From Candidatus Eiseniibacteriota bacterium (GTDB lineage: Bacteria; Eisenbacteria; RBG-16-71-46; CAIMUX01; VGJL01), in assembly GCA_041946735.1 (NCBI GenBank), contig JBHGAY010000023.1, forward strand, positions 15,900-79,899: 64,000 nucleotides of DNA. Direction: 5' to 3'. Positions within the stretch are counted from its first letter, which is position 1; each line of letters begins with the position of its first letter. The notes below the pieces were generated by a model. That model was not told the DNA's origin, searched no databases, and saw only the letters and a program-made list of their open reading frames with translations. Positions 9,150-18,385 of this stretch are shown one piece after another. The position numbers were made by a program, and so were the translations under genes.

Positions 9150-10745
9150 ATGGCAAGGACAGCAACGCGGAAGTCCGCAGGGCAGCTTCCATCGAACGCC
9201 AGAATCGGCGTGGCGCTTGCAGCCACCGCCCTCTCGACGCTTCTGATCCTCTCGGGTGCCTTTGCGGTGGCCGCCGCCGCGGACTGGAACAACAAGGGTG
9301 GCAACGCGCAGCGCAACGGACTGACCAGCGAGACCGGGCCGACCTCCGCGACCGTCGCCTGGTCGGGGGCTCGCACGTCGCTGATCGCCTGGCTCCCCGT
9401 CATCGAGGGAGATGACGTCTTCACCGTCCGCCAGGCGAACTGGCCGGGCCAGGTCCACGACGCCTACGTCGTCTGCATGGATCTCATTTCCGGAGGCGAG
9501 CGCTGGGCGGTGGAGCTTCCCGCCGACGAGGGCGACTGGACTCCCTGGATCGCCGGCGTGCGAGACGGCAAGGTGTACGCCTCGCGCTCCGGCAACGGGG
9601 CGAGCGTGTGGGCACCGATGTACTGCCTCGACGCGCAGGACGGCCACACGATCTGGGTGAGCAGCATCGAGCAGAGCGGCGGTCCCTACGACGGCTGCGT
9701 CTTCGCCCCCGACGGCGATCTCATCGTCGCATCCTTCATGGACATCTGGCGATTCGACGCGGCCGACGGCACCGTCGTCTGGCACGCTTCCCGAGTCGGC
9801 TCGGTCAGCGGCAGCTGCGGCGGCGCGTTGTACGGGGATGCGCTCTACGTCGCCGACGCGGTTCCGGGCGGCAACGCGATCGTCTGCTTCGACATCGAGA
9901 CCGGCGCCCGCCGCTATCAGAGCGAGACGATGAGCGGCTTCTTGATCCAGAACACCCCGATGTGCGGCGCGGACGGAACGATCTACCTTGCGCGGACGCA
10001 GAACAATCCCGCCGTCGACTACTACTACGCGTTCACCGACACGGGGACCGAGCTCGTGGAGAAGTGGCACATTCCGGCCGGATACTCCGCCTTTGCGGAG
10101 TTCGCGGCCGGTCCGGACGGTTCGCTCTACTTCATCGTCCCCGGGCCCCGGCTCGCGCGCATCGACCGGGAGACGGGCGAGATCGTCGATCAGACCGATG
10201 TGCTCTCCGGCCTCTCCGCGGCTCACGTTGCGGTCGACGCCGGCGGCAAGGTCTTCTTCTCGAACGGCGGCTTCGCCTCCGGGCGCCTGACATCCTATGA
10301 GGCCGACCTCACGGAACGCTGGAGCGTGCCGGTCCCGAACATCAACATCGGCGGTCCGGCGATCGGACGCTACGGGACGCTCGTCGTCTGCGGCACCGGC
10401 AGCGACATGCGCGCCTACCGCACCCAGGACCCCGCGGACGTCGGCCCGTCGACGGACTTCGCCGCGGGCGGGATCGCGATGCGCGCGGCGCCGAACCCCT
10501 TCGCCGGCGCCACGACGATCGCCTACCGCCTCGTCCGGAGCAGTCCGGTGAGTCTCGAGGTGTTCGCCGCCGATGGGCGTCGCATCGCGCAGCTTCTGTC
10601 GGGCGAGGAGCAGCCCGCCGGCGATCATGCCTTGACGTGGGAAGGCCGTGACGACGCCGGCCGCCCGGTCGCCTCGGGGATCTACTACCTGCGCCTCAGC
10701 GGCGACGGCGAGCTTGGGAGGACGCGAGTTCTGCTCGCGAGATAG
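9150..10745 (+). CDS. Secreted PQQ-like (BamB-type) beta-propeller protein with FlgD-Ig/T9SS-like C-terminal domain
   Basis: Signal peptide, DWNNKGGNAQRNG N-motif, (L/F)DxxxGxxxW blades, tail PNPF..WEGRDDAGRPVASGIYYLRL. Confidence 0.85.
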   Translation: MARTATRKSAGQLPSNARIGVALAATALSTLLILSGAFAVAAAADWNNKGGNAQRNGLTSETGPTSATVAWSGARTSLIAWLPVIEGDDVFTVRQANWPGQVHDAYVVCMDLISGGERWAVELPADEGDWTPWIAGVRDGKVYASRSGNGASVWAPMYCLDAQDGHTIWVSSIEQSGGPYDGCVFAPDGDLIVASFMDIWRFDAADGTVVWHASRVGSVSGSCGGALYGDALYVADAVPGGNAIVCFDIETGARRYQSETMSGFLIQNTPMCGADGTIYLARTQNNPAVDYYYAFTDTGTELVEKWHIPAGYSAFAEFAAGPDGSLYFIVPGPRLARIDRETGEIVDQTDVLSGLSAAHVAVDAGGKVFFSNGGFASGRLTSYEADLTERWSVPVPNINIGGPAIGRYGTLVVCGTGSDMRAYRTQDPADVGPSTDFAAGGIAMRAAPNPFAGATTIAYRLVRSSPVSLEVFAADGRRIAQLLSGEEQPAGDHALTWEGRDDAGRPVASGIYYLRLSGDGELGRTRVLLAR

Positions 10746-10849
10746 GACCTAGGGCATTTCCTTCCCGGGCTTACAGGCCCGGCGGCTCTGCCTCTGCGTC
10801 CCTAACGGCTCTGCCCTCAGCCCGCAGCCGCTCTGCCTTCAGCCCTCTG

Positions 10850-10873
10850 CCCCGGCGCCCTATGGCGCCGGGG
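10850..10873. terminator. GC-rich hairpin, possible terminator or processing stem
   Basis: CCCCGGCGCC-CTAT-GGCGCCGGGG perfect 10-bp stem; no clear U-tract. Confidence 0.3.
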
Positions 10874-10999
10874 TATCAGAGGACCGAACAGTTCGACTCC
10901 TGATGTCCTCGACCTTCCGCCGGTACGCTTGGACGGCGGAAGCTGCTTCCGGATCGCCGTCTTGCCGGCGGAGAGCCCGGCCGCCCGAAGGAGGAACGA

Positions 11000-13354
11000 A
11001 TGATCCCGCACCGCATCTCGGCCCCTCGATCGTCCCTGGCGCTCGTCCTCCTGTTCCTCGTTTCCGCCTGTCCGGCGATCTCGGTGATGATCGGGATCGC
11101 GGCGCCGGCGCCGGCTCTCGCGCAGCCGCCGGATTGGAGCGTTCTCCGTCCCAGCAATTCAGGCATTCCGGGCGAAGAGATCCGTTGCCTTCGATTCGCT
11201 CCGGACGGCGGGTTCTGGGTAGGCGCCCGCTGGCCGTTCTGGCAGGAAGGCGGCATCGGCATCTACGATTCGGCCGCAGACGTATGGACCGACTACTCGA
11301 ACTTCGAGACGCCGATCCCGAGCGAATACGTGAACGATCTCGCCTTCGCGCAGGACGGAAGCGTCTGGATCGCGACGGACGCCGGGCTCGTGCACAAGGG
11401 GGGAGACACCTGGACGGTGTACACCACCGCCAATGCGCCCTTTCTGCATAATGTGATTCGCGAGGTCGAGATCGACTCGGCGGGACGCGTCTGGGTGAAC
11501 AACACCAACGTGCAGAACCAGAATGCAGCGGTGCTGGTCTGGGACGGCTCCACCTGGCGCTCCTTTCGCGTACCGACCGACATCCCGTGGCAGGACCCGT
11601 GGCGTCAGCTTCAAGGGCTCCTCGTCGACCGGCAGGATCATGTCTGGATCGGCAACATGACCTTGCCGGGCGTGGCCGAGTACGACGGGCAGTCCTGGAT
11701 CCTCCGCGGGCAGAACATCGATCTTCTCGTGCCGCACGCCGCCGATCTGGCGAACGGGGTCTGGATGATCACGGGAAACCTGGGCTACCAGGTCTATCGA
11801 TGGAACGGCAGCCAGTTCGTCCTCTTCGGCGGAACGCCGCCGCCGCTGAGCAACACGACGATCACGGAGGTCGCAGTCGACGGCTCCGGCGCGGTCTTCA
11901 TCGGCAACTGGGTTGGAGAGACGGTCAAATCCACGAACCTGGGGCAGGCGTGGGCGCCTTTCACCGTCGTTTCGGACAGGGTCACCGGATTCGCTTTCGA
12001 TGCGGACGGCGCAGAGGTGTGGATCGGAAGCGCGGGGGCGATCCACCGCTTCTCGGCCGGTGCGCAGCCGATCCACGTCTACAACACCTACAACACGGGC
12101 ATCCCCGACTTCTGGATCGATCGCATGTCGACCGACCGCGACGGCTACTTCTGGCTTGCGACCGGAGAAGCGGGGTTGTCGCGATTCGACGGGCTCCGAT
12201 GGCGGAACTGGGGCGACCACAATGCCGGCTCCGAGCCGTATCCCTTCGCCGGCAACGAACCGATGGGCTGCGCGTACCAGGATCGGTCGGGAACCCATTG
12301 GTTCGGCGGCAACGGCATCGCGCGCTGGGACTCCGGCACCGGGCAGTTCACCGGCTTCTGGAACTGGCAGAACAATCCCGGAATGGGTGTGGGACTTTGG
12401 ATCGCCTTCGCGGAGGACATGGCGGGGAAGCTCTTCTCCGCCGAGGAGTATGGATCGATCTACCGGTTCGACGAAGGGCAGCAACGATGGGTGCGGGAGC
12501 CGGTTCAACCGTACGCCCCCCTCGGGCTGCCCGGAATGCAGGCGGACAGCCACGGCAATGTCTGGATCGCCGGCTGGTTCGATCTGTACAAATGGGACGG
12601 GTCGACCTGGTCGACAGTCACGCTCCCCGATCCGAACTACTTCTTCGACCTCGGGGGCATCTCCTGCCTGGACATCGGGCCGGATGGGACGTTCTGGATC
12701 GGCACCGGGGGCGGGCTCGTGCGGTGGGACGGGACGACCTTCACGTTATTCGATCCGTCCCAGGTTCCCTTGCCCGCGAACTTCGTAAGCGGCGTAGACG
12801 CGCGGGAGGACGGGCTGCTGGCCCTGGCGGCCGCGGACGACCAGGCTCATAGCGGCGTCTGCCTGATCGACGGAGATCCGGCCGTTCCTTCCAACTGGAC
12901 GGTGTACCAATACGGCAGCTCTCCTCTGCAGCACTGGCAGCTCGGGACCGTCGCCTTCGACGGCAACGGCGACCTGTGGGTCAGCTGTCTGAGCATGGGA
13001 GTGGTGATCCTGCGGATCGGACAATCTCCGGCCAACGTCGCGCAAAACGGATCGCCTGTTCCCGGCGAGATGCTCGCGGTCGGCTCCCCATCGCCGAACC
13101 CCTTCCACGACGCAACCTCGATGCGCTACTCGATCGCGCGGGCGGCAGCCGTGACGTTCGACATTTTCGATCCGCAGGGGCGGCGGGTGCGCCGTCTCGT
13201 CGACGCGCACCAGAGCGCGGGAGAGTACGTGGTGGGATGGACGGGAACCGACGAGGCCGGCCGGCCGGTGCCGAGCGGCGTCTACTTCGGCCGGATCCAA
13301 TCCTCGGACCCGGCGGGTGGGACACGTACGATCCGGATCGTCAAGACCGAGTGA
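11000..13354 (+). CDS. Secreted two-component-regulator-propeller (Reg_prop-like) repeat protein with FlgD-Ig/T9SS-like C-terminal domain
   Basis: GAAGGAGGA SD; signal peptide; many DxxGxxW(I/V)(G/A) blades; tail PNPF..IFDPQGRRVRRL..WTGTDEAGRPVPSGVYF. Confidence 0.88.
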   Translation: MIPHRISAPRSSLALVLLFLVSACPAISVMIGIAAPAPALAQPPDWSVLRPSNSGIPGEEIRCLRFAPDGGFWVGARWPFWQEGGIGIYDSAADVWTDYSNFETPIPSEYVNDLAFAQDGSVWIATDAGLVHKGGDTWTVYTTANAPFLHNVIREVEIDSAGRVWVNNTNVQNQNAAVLVWDGSTWRSFRVPTDIPWQDPWRQLQGLLVDRQDHVWIGNMTLPGVAEYDGQSWILRGQNIDLLVPHAADLANGVWMITGNLGYQVYRWNGSQFVLFGGTPPPLSNTTITEVAVDGSGAVFIGNWVGETVKSTNLGQAWAPFTVVSDRVTGFAFDADGAEVWIGSAGAIHRFSAGAQPIHVYNTYNTGIPDFWIDRMSTDRDGYFWLATGEAGLSRFDGLRWRNWGDHNAGSEPYPFAGNEPMGCAYQDRSGTHWFGGNGIARWDSGTGQFTGFWNWQNNPGMGVGLWIAFAEDMAGKLFSAEEYGSIYRFDEGQQRWVREPVQPYAPLGLPGMQADSHGNVWIAGWFDLYKWDGSTWSTVTLPDPNYFFDLGGISCLDIGPDGTFWIGTGGGLVRWDGTTFTLFDPSQVPLPANFVSGVDAREDGLLALAAADDQAHSGVCLIDGDPAVPSNWTVYQYGSSPLQHWQLGTVAFDGNGDLWVSCLSMGVVILRIGQSPANVAQNGSPVPGEMLAVGSPSPNPFHDATSMRYSIARAAAVTFDIFDPQGRRVRRLVDAHQSAGEYVVGWTGTDEAGRPVPSGVYFGRIQSSDPAGGTRTIRIVKTE

Positions 13355-13406
13355 CGGCGCGGGGAGACCGAGTGACGGCACGGGGAGACGGAGTGACGGC
13401 GCGGCG
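13344..13406. repeat. 21-bp tandem repeat x3 that includes the upstream gene's stop codon
   Basis: AGACCGAGTGACGGCGCGGGG / AGACCGAGTGACGGCACGGGG / AGACGGAGTGACGGCGCGGCG. Confidence 0.85.
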
Positions 13407-13424
13407 CCGCCGGGAGGGACTTTC

Positions 13425-14123
13425 ATGAACACGATCGGGATCCTCGGCGGCCTCGGGCCCCAAGCGACGATCCACTTCCAGCAGCTCGTTCTCGAGGTCT
13501 CCCAGCGGCTGCTGCCTCGCAACATGAACCTTGGCTATCCGCCGATGGTCGTGCACTTCCACCGCGGCTCGCCAATGGCTATGGACGATTCCGGCAAGCT
13601 GCTCGTGCCTCCACAGCCCGCGCCAAGTCTCCTCGAGACGGCGAGGCGAATCGGGCGGGATGCCAACATTCTCGTCTTCGTCTCGAACGGGGTTCACCTG
13701 TTCGCCCGGGACCTCGAAGCCGCATCCGGCATTCCGGTCCTGAACCTGATCGACCTCGTCCTCGCAGAGGTCCGGCAGCGCGGGTGGAAGAAGGTGGGCG
13801 TGTTGACCTACTACGACCCGCGGATCTACGAGCAGCCGGTGCGCGAGAGCGGCTTGGAGCCGGAGACGTTGGGAAAAGACCTGCAGGCTCCCCTCGACGC
13901 GGGGATCGAGGCGGTGATCGAAGGCCGGGCGGGAGCCGATCATGCGGCGAACGCGCAGCGCGCGCTGTCCGCCCTGCGCGCTCGACAGGTGGACGGCACG
14001 ATCCTCGGCTGCACCGAGATCCCTTTCCTTCTCGACGAACGCGCCCGGCCCGACTCCCCCGATCTGATCGATCCCCTGCCGCTACTCGCCGAAGCGGCCG
14101 TCAGGCGCGCCGCGCATTCCTGA
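13425..14123 (+). CDS. Aspartate/glutamate racemase family protein
   Basis: MNTIGILGGLGPQAT N-terminus and ILGCTEIP motif; first catalytic position reads VSNGVH. Confidence 0.9.
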   Translation: MNTIGILGGLGPQATIHFQQLVLEVSQRLLPRNMNLGYPPMVVHFHRGSPMAMDDSGKLLVPPQPAPSLLETARRIGRDANILVFVSNGVHLFARDLEAASGIPVLNLIDLVLAEVRQRGWKKVGVLTYYDPRIYEQPVRESGLEPETLGKDLQAPLDAGIEAVIEGRAGADHAANAQRALSALRARQVDGTILGCTEIPFLLDERARPDSPDLIDPLPLLAEAAVRRAAHS

Positions 14124-14180
14124 AGCGGGAGCTTCCGCGCGCCTGCAACCGGCACACGCGCGGCGCACCCGGCGCCCTCA

Positions 14181-14501
14181 TCACCCGGCATCCTCATCCC
14201 AGGAGACGATGAAGAGGACGACCGGCTCAGAGCCGGGATTGCCGGCTCGATGCTCGGTCCCCGCATCGATCTCGAAGCCATCACCTTGCTCGATGGTCAA
14301 GGAGCCGTTCCGGAGTTCGAAGCGCAGCGCTCCGCCGAGGACGTAACCGGCATGCCCGCGAGCGCACCAGTTCGGATCGGCGAAGCCGGGCTCGAACGCG
14401 AGCATGGCCGCGCGCGCGCCGGGAAGGCTCTTCTTGCGCTCGAGCGGATGCCCACCCGGTTGCCAAGGAAGCTGTCGAAAGGGAATTCCCGTTTCGTTCA
14501 T
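14181..14501 (-). CDS. Cupin domain protein
   Basis: ATG at 14501 with GGAGGAG SD; WCARGHAGYVLGG and GDGFEIDAGTEH cupin motifs; 106 aa. Confidence 0.8.
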   Translation of the reverse strand: MNETGIPFRQLPWQPGGHPLERKKSLPGARAAMLAFEPGFADPNWCARGHAGYVLGGALRFELRNGSLTIEQGDGFEIDAGTEHRAGNPGSEPVVLFIVSWDEDAG

Positions 14502-14787
14502 GCGCTCTCCTCCTGCCGAATGGCGTCCGGAGCGCCGAACGTAGATGCCGTCGAACCGAGGGTCAAGGATCGCAGCGGGCCCGGCGGGTCCGCGCCCCCG
14601 GCCAGTCCGCCGCCCTCGCCGGCTCGCGCCCGGTCGCAGCGCCGTGGCGACAGACACCGCATGGCCGCCTCAGTGCCATCACCTAGCATCAGTCACCTCT
14701 CGCCCATACGACCGTGGAGCGCGTACAATTGCCCCCGGCTGACTGGAAGAGCCTTGCGTGAACAGTGGCAGTGGAAAGGAGGAGGTC

Positions 14788-15738
14788 ATGCGAGCACTGG
14801 CCGCATCGTTGCTCGCCTCTTTGATCCTGTCCGTGCCGGCGATTGCCGCCACCTATGTCGTCGATCCCTATGGCACCGGCGACTACCCGACGATCCAGGC
14901 CGCCGTGAACGGTTCCGCCAGCGGCGATGTGATCGAGCTGACCGATGGGACCTTCACCGGCCCCGGCAACCGGGACATCCGGTTCAATGGAAAGGACCTC
15001 ACCGTCCGGTCGCAGAGCGGCGATCCCACACGCACGGTCATCGACTGCGAGCTGGCGGAGCAGGCGTTCCTCATCTGGGAGGGCGAAGAGGTGCACTTCC
15101 AGGGAATGACGATGACCCGGGGGCGCGACTCCTCCTGGGGAGGAGCCGTCTGTGTGGAGATGGCGGCTCACGGAGTTTTTCGGGACTGCATCTTCAGCGA
15201 CAACAGCGCGCCGGGCAACGCCGGAGCCGTGATGATCATGAACTGCGGGTACGCGGAGTTCGAGGGGTGCACCTTCATCGACAACTCCAGCTATGCGGGC
15301 GGCGCCGTATGCACCTGACCCGGTGACATTGCACTGGTCCAGTGCACCTTCTACGACAACCAGGCCGAGGAAGGCAGCGCGATCTCCTTCCGCGGCGGTT
15401 GCGGAGTGGAGCTACGCGTCGAGAACACGATCATCGCCTTCAACAACGGCGGCTCGGCCATCGAGGGCGGCGCCGATGCCTTCTTCAGCTGCGTGGACAT
15501 CTATGGCAATCCGGGCGGCGACTGGACGCCGGCGATCGTCGACCAGCTCGGCCTGCGCGGAAACATCAGCGACGACCCGCTCTTTTGCGACGCTGCGGGC
15601 GGAGACCTTCGCCTGAATGAGGGCTCCCCCTGCGCGCCGGGCGGCGAGTGCGACAGGATGGGCGCCTGGCCGGTCGGGTGCGAGGCGACCGCCATCCGCG
15701 AGGCGAGCTGGGGCGAGGTCAAAGCGCTGTTCCGGTAG
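14788..15738 (+). CDS. Secreted right-handed parallel beta-helix protein with in-frame UGA (putative selenocysteine, residue 177) and SWG C-terminal tail; 316 aa
   Basis: AGGAGG SD + ATG 14788; signal peptide; DYPTIQAAV start; GGA(V/I)..CxFxDN repeats continue in register across TGA 15316-15318 into ORF 15406..15738 (same frame); SECIS-like hairpin follows. Confidence 0.8.
15319..15348 (+). promoter_or_regulatory. Putative bacterial SECIS element
   Basis: 11 nt after UGA: TGCACTG-GTC-CAGTGCA (stem 15330-15336/15340-15346); loop G at +19; GGUC apex like the E. coli fdhF SECIS. Confidence 0.75.
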
Positions 15739-15851
15739 AGGCGGCCCCGGCTCATCGGCGGATCGAGTTTCGTGGGATCGAGCTTCGACAGAGGCGCGGC
15801 AGGGAGCGAGACCCGGCCGCGCTTCCTCTACGGGCTCGTGAAGGTTCGCCG

Positions 15852-17108
15852 CTACTTGCCGATCAGCACCAAGACGGCCGAGCCGATCGCGAGGACTGCC
15901 AGCGCCGCGCACAGCAGGATGCAGGCGATGTTGTAGGCGAGAGAGTTCGTCCGCTCCCCCATGATCCGGCGGTCGTTGATCAGGATCAGCATGAAGACCA
16001 GGACGATCGGTAGGACCATGCCGTTCACCACCTGGCTCACGTACATGACCCCGAGCAGCGAGATCTTCGGGATCAAGACGGCCCCGGCCCCGATCGCGAT
16101 CAACGCGGTGTAGAGGATGTAGAACTCCCGCGCTTCGTCGAAGGAACGGCTGATCCCCGACTCCCATCCGAACGATTCGCAGATCGTGTAGGACGTCGAA
16201 AGCGGCAGGATGCTGGCCGCGAACACCGAGGCGTTCAGCAGTCCGAACGCGAAGAGCAACGACGCGTACCGCCCGGCGATCGGAGCGAGGCCGCGCGCCG
16301 CATCGGCGGCGGACTCGATCCGCATCCCCTGGGCGTGCAGGTTCGTCGAGCAAACGACGACGATGAAGACGGCGACGACCGTGACGGAGAGGCATCCGAC
16401 GATCGTGTCGATCCGGGAGAGATAGTAATCCTCCACGCGGATGTTCTTTTCGACGACCGCAGCCTGCTGGTAGAACTGCATCCACGGCGCGATCGTCGTC
16501 CCGACGAGCGCAATCAGCATGATCAGGTAGTCGGCATCCCCCTGCAGATGGGGGACGAGCAGCGCATGCGCGACCTCGCCTGCCGGTGGATGGCTCACGG
16601 CTCCCGCCACGATGTAGCTGATGTAGAACGTGCAGGCGACGAGGAACACCTTCTCGACCGTCCGGTAGCTCGACCGAAGGACGATCGCCCAGACGAAGAG
16701 CGCCGCGATCGGAACCGCGACCCAGCGCGGGACTCCGAAGATCTCTCCCGCCGCCGCCACTCCCGCGAACTCGGCCAGGATGTTGCCGAAGTTCGTCACC
16801 AGGAGCCCGGCCATCAGATAGAAGGTGATCTTGACGCCAAACCGCTCCCGGATCAGGTCGGAAAGCCCCTTGCCGGAAACGACCCCCATCCGGTTGGACA
16901 TCTCCTGCACCACGATCAGCGCGAGGCAGAGCGGCAGGAAGATCCAGAGCGTCGCGAGTCCGTAGCGGGAGCCGGCTTGCGAGTAGGTGGTGATGCCGCC
17001 CGCATCGTTGTCGACGTTCGCCGTGATGACACCGGGTCCGAGGATCGCGAGGAAGAGGCCCAGGCGGGCGCCGATGCCGCGGACCGCCCCGCGAGCCCGC
17101 ACCTTCAA
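15852..17108 (-). CDS. NRAMP-family divalent cation transporter, NRAMP-related magnesium transporter type
   Basis: About 11 TM segments; GPGVITANVDNDAGG (in place of DPGN) and GTTIAPW (in place of MPH). Confidence 0.88.
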   Translation of the reverse strand: MKVRARGAVRGIGARLGLFLAILGPGVITANVDNDAGGITTYSQAGSRYGLATLWIFLPLCLALIVVQEMSNRMGVVSGKGLSDLIRERFGVKITFYLMAGLLVTNFGNILAEFAGVAAAGEIFGVPRWVAVPIAALFVWAIVLRSSYRTVEKVFLVACTFYISYIVAGAVSHPPAGEVAHALLVPHLQGDADYLIMLIALVGTTIAPWMQFYQQAAVVEKNIRVEDYYLSRIDTIVGCLSVTVVAVFIVVVCSTNLHAQGMRIESAADAARGLAPIAGRYASLLFAFGLLNASVFAASILPLSTSYTICESFGWESGISRSFDEAREFYILYTALIAIGAGAVLIPKISLLGVMYVSQVVNGMVLPIVLVFMLILINDRRIMGERTNSLAYNIACILLCAALAVLAIGSAVLVLIGK

Positions 17109-18385
17109 GCTCGTCCTTCCCGCCGGAAGTCGGGAAGCAGCTCGTCGAAGGCGTGCTTGATCAATACGACGCCGATCATCCGCATCTCCTCATCGACGAC
17201 CGGGCAGCCGAGGAAGGAGTACTTCTGGAACACCTCGGCCACCTCGCGCCGGTGCTCGTCCGGGCCGACGGTCACCAGCCGGCGCTCCATGATGTCGGCG
17301 ACCTTGTCGGCCGCCTGCGCCCTGAGCAGCGTTCGCAAGGTCGTCACCCCGAGGAGCCGGTGCTCCGGGTCGAGGACATAGACGTAGTAGATCCCCTCGA
17401 TCTCCGGCGCCATCCGGCGGACCTCTTCCATCGCCTCGGCGACGGTCGCCGTCGGGCCGACCGACACGAACTCCGGTGTCATCAGCGACGCGGCCGTCTT
17501 CTCCTCGTACTCGATCAGCTGCTCGAGCTGCGCGCGCTCGGGCGCCTCGACTTCCGCGATGATCTCCTCCGACTGGGCGTCGGGGAGGTTGGTGAGGATG
17601 TCGGCCGCTTCGGACGGATCCATCTCCTCGAGGATGTCGGCCGCGACCTCCGGATCGAGCTGAGCGATGATCGAGGCCTGCATCTCCTCCTCGACCTCCT
17701 CCAAGGCATCCGCCGCCGCCTCGGGACCCAGCGAGTGAAGGATCGCGACGCGTTCGTTGCGGTCCAGCTCCTCGAGGATGTCCGCAACCTCGCCCGGGTG
17801 CAGGTCGCGGATCCTCGCCTGCTCCACGCGGAGCCGGAGCGGCTCACCGACGCTCGACGGATCGGCGAGGGGCTGGACGAACTTCCAGGAGATCAGGTCC
17901 TCCGGCTCGGGACGGCCGACCGCCTTCCAGATCGGGCGCGCCGCCCTCTCCACCCCCATGCGGCGCAGGAGCCCGCTGAAGCCGACGTCGACGTGGACGA
18001 TCCAGACTCGGTCGGTGACGAGCAGATGGACGTCGTTCACCCGCTCCACCTTCGCTCCCTGGACGTCGACGATCTGCTTGTCGAGGAGAAGCTCACGAAC
18101 CAGGAAATCGTTCGGTTCGAGTTGCGGGATGACCAGCTCGCGCGTCCCGAGATGGATCGCGCTCTTGCGGCTGCGCGAGTCCCGCATCGCGGGGATCGGC
18201 ACCGGCGCGGCGAGCCTTGGGCCGCGACCGCTGCGGATCACGATCGCGCGGACGACGGGGTACATCTCGCCGCTCGTCGCGATGAGATCGACCACCCTGC
18301 CGATCCTTCGCCCCTCGGGGCCCCGGACGCGCCGGCCCAGGATCTCGGAGACGAAAACGAAGGCGAATCCGCTGGAATGGCTCAT
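17105..18385 (-). CDS. PRC-barrel + MgtE intracellular N-domain + CBS pair protein, no membrane domain
   Basis: LHPGEVADILEEL, acidic AADILEEMDP repeats, TAASLMTPEF and YYVYVLD CBS motifs; 4-nt overlap with the NRAMP gene. Confidence 0.88.
   Translation of the reverse strand: MSHSSGFAFVFVSEILGRRVRGPEGRRIGRVVDLIATSGEMYPVVRAIVIRSGRGPRLAAPVPIPAMRDSRSRKSAIHLGTRELVIPQLEPNDFLVRELLLDKQIVDVQGAKVERVNDVHLLVTDRVWIVHVDVGFSGLLRRMGVERAARPIWKAVGRPEPEDLISWKFVQPLADPSSVGEPLRLRVEQARIRDLHPGEVADILEELDRNERVAILHSLGPEAAADALEEVEEEMQASIIAQLDPEVAADILEEMDPSEAADILTNLPDAQSEEIIAEVEAPERAQLEQLIEYEEKTAASLMTPEFVSVGPTATVAEAMEEVRRMAPEIEGIYYVYVLDPEHRLLGVTTLRTLLRAQAADKVADIMERRLVTVGPDEHRREVAEVFQKYSFLGCPVVDEEMRMIGVVLIKHAFDELLPDFRREGRA

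Noticed and set aside
7257..13406. CRISPR array from the 15-, 21- and 24-bp repeats
   Set aside because: Units are contiguous with no unique spacers, and there are no cas genes.
15406..15738. Separate 110-aa gene (and separate 186-aa gene 14758..15318)
   Set aside because: No convincing SD at 15406, no signal peptide, and the beta-helix repeat runs continuously across the UGA; better read as one gene.
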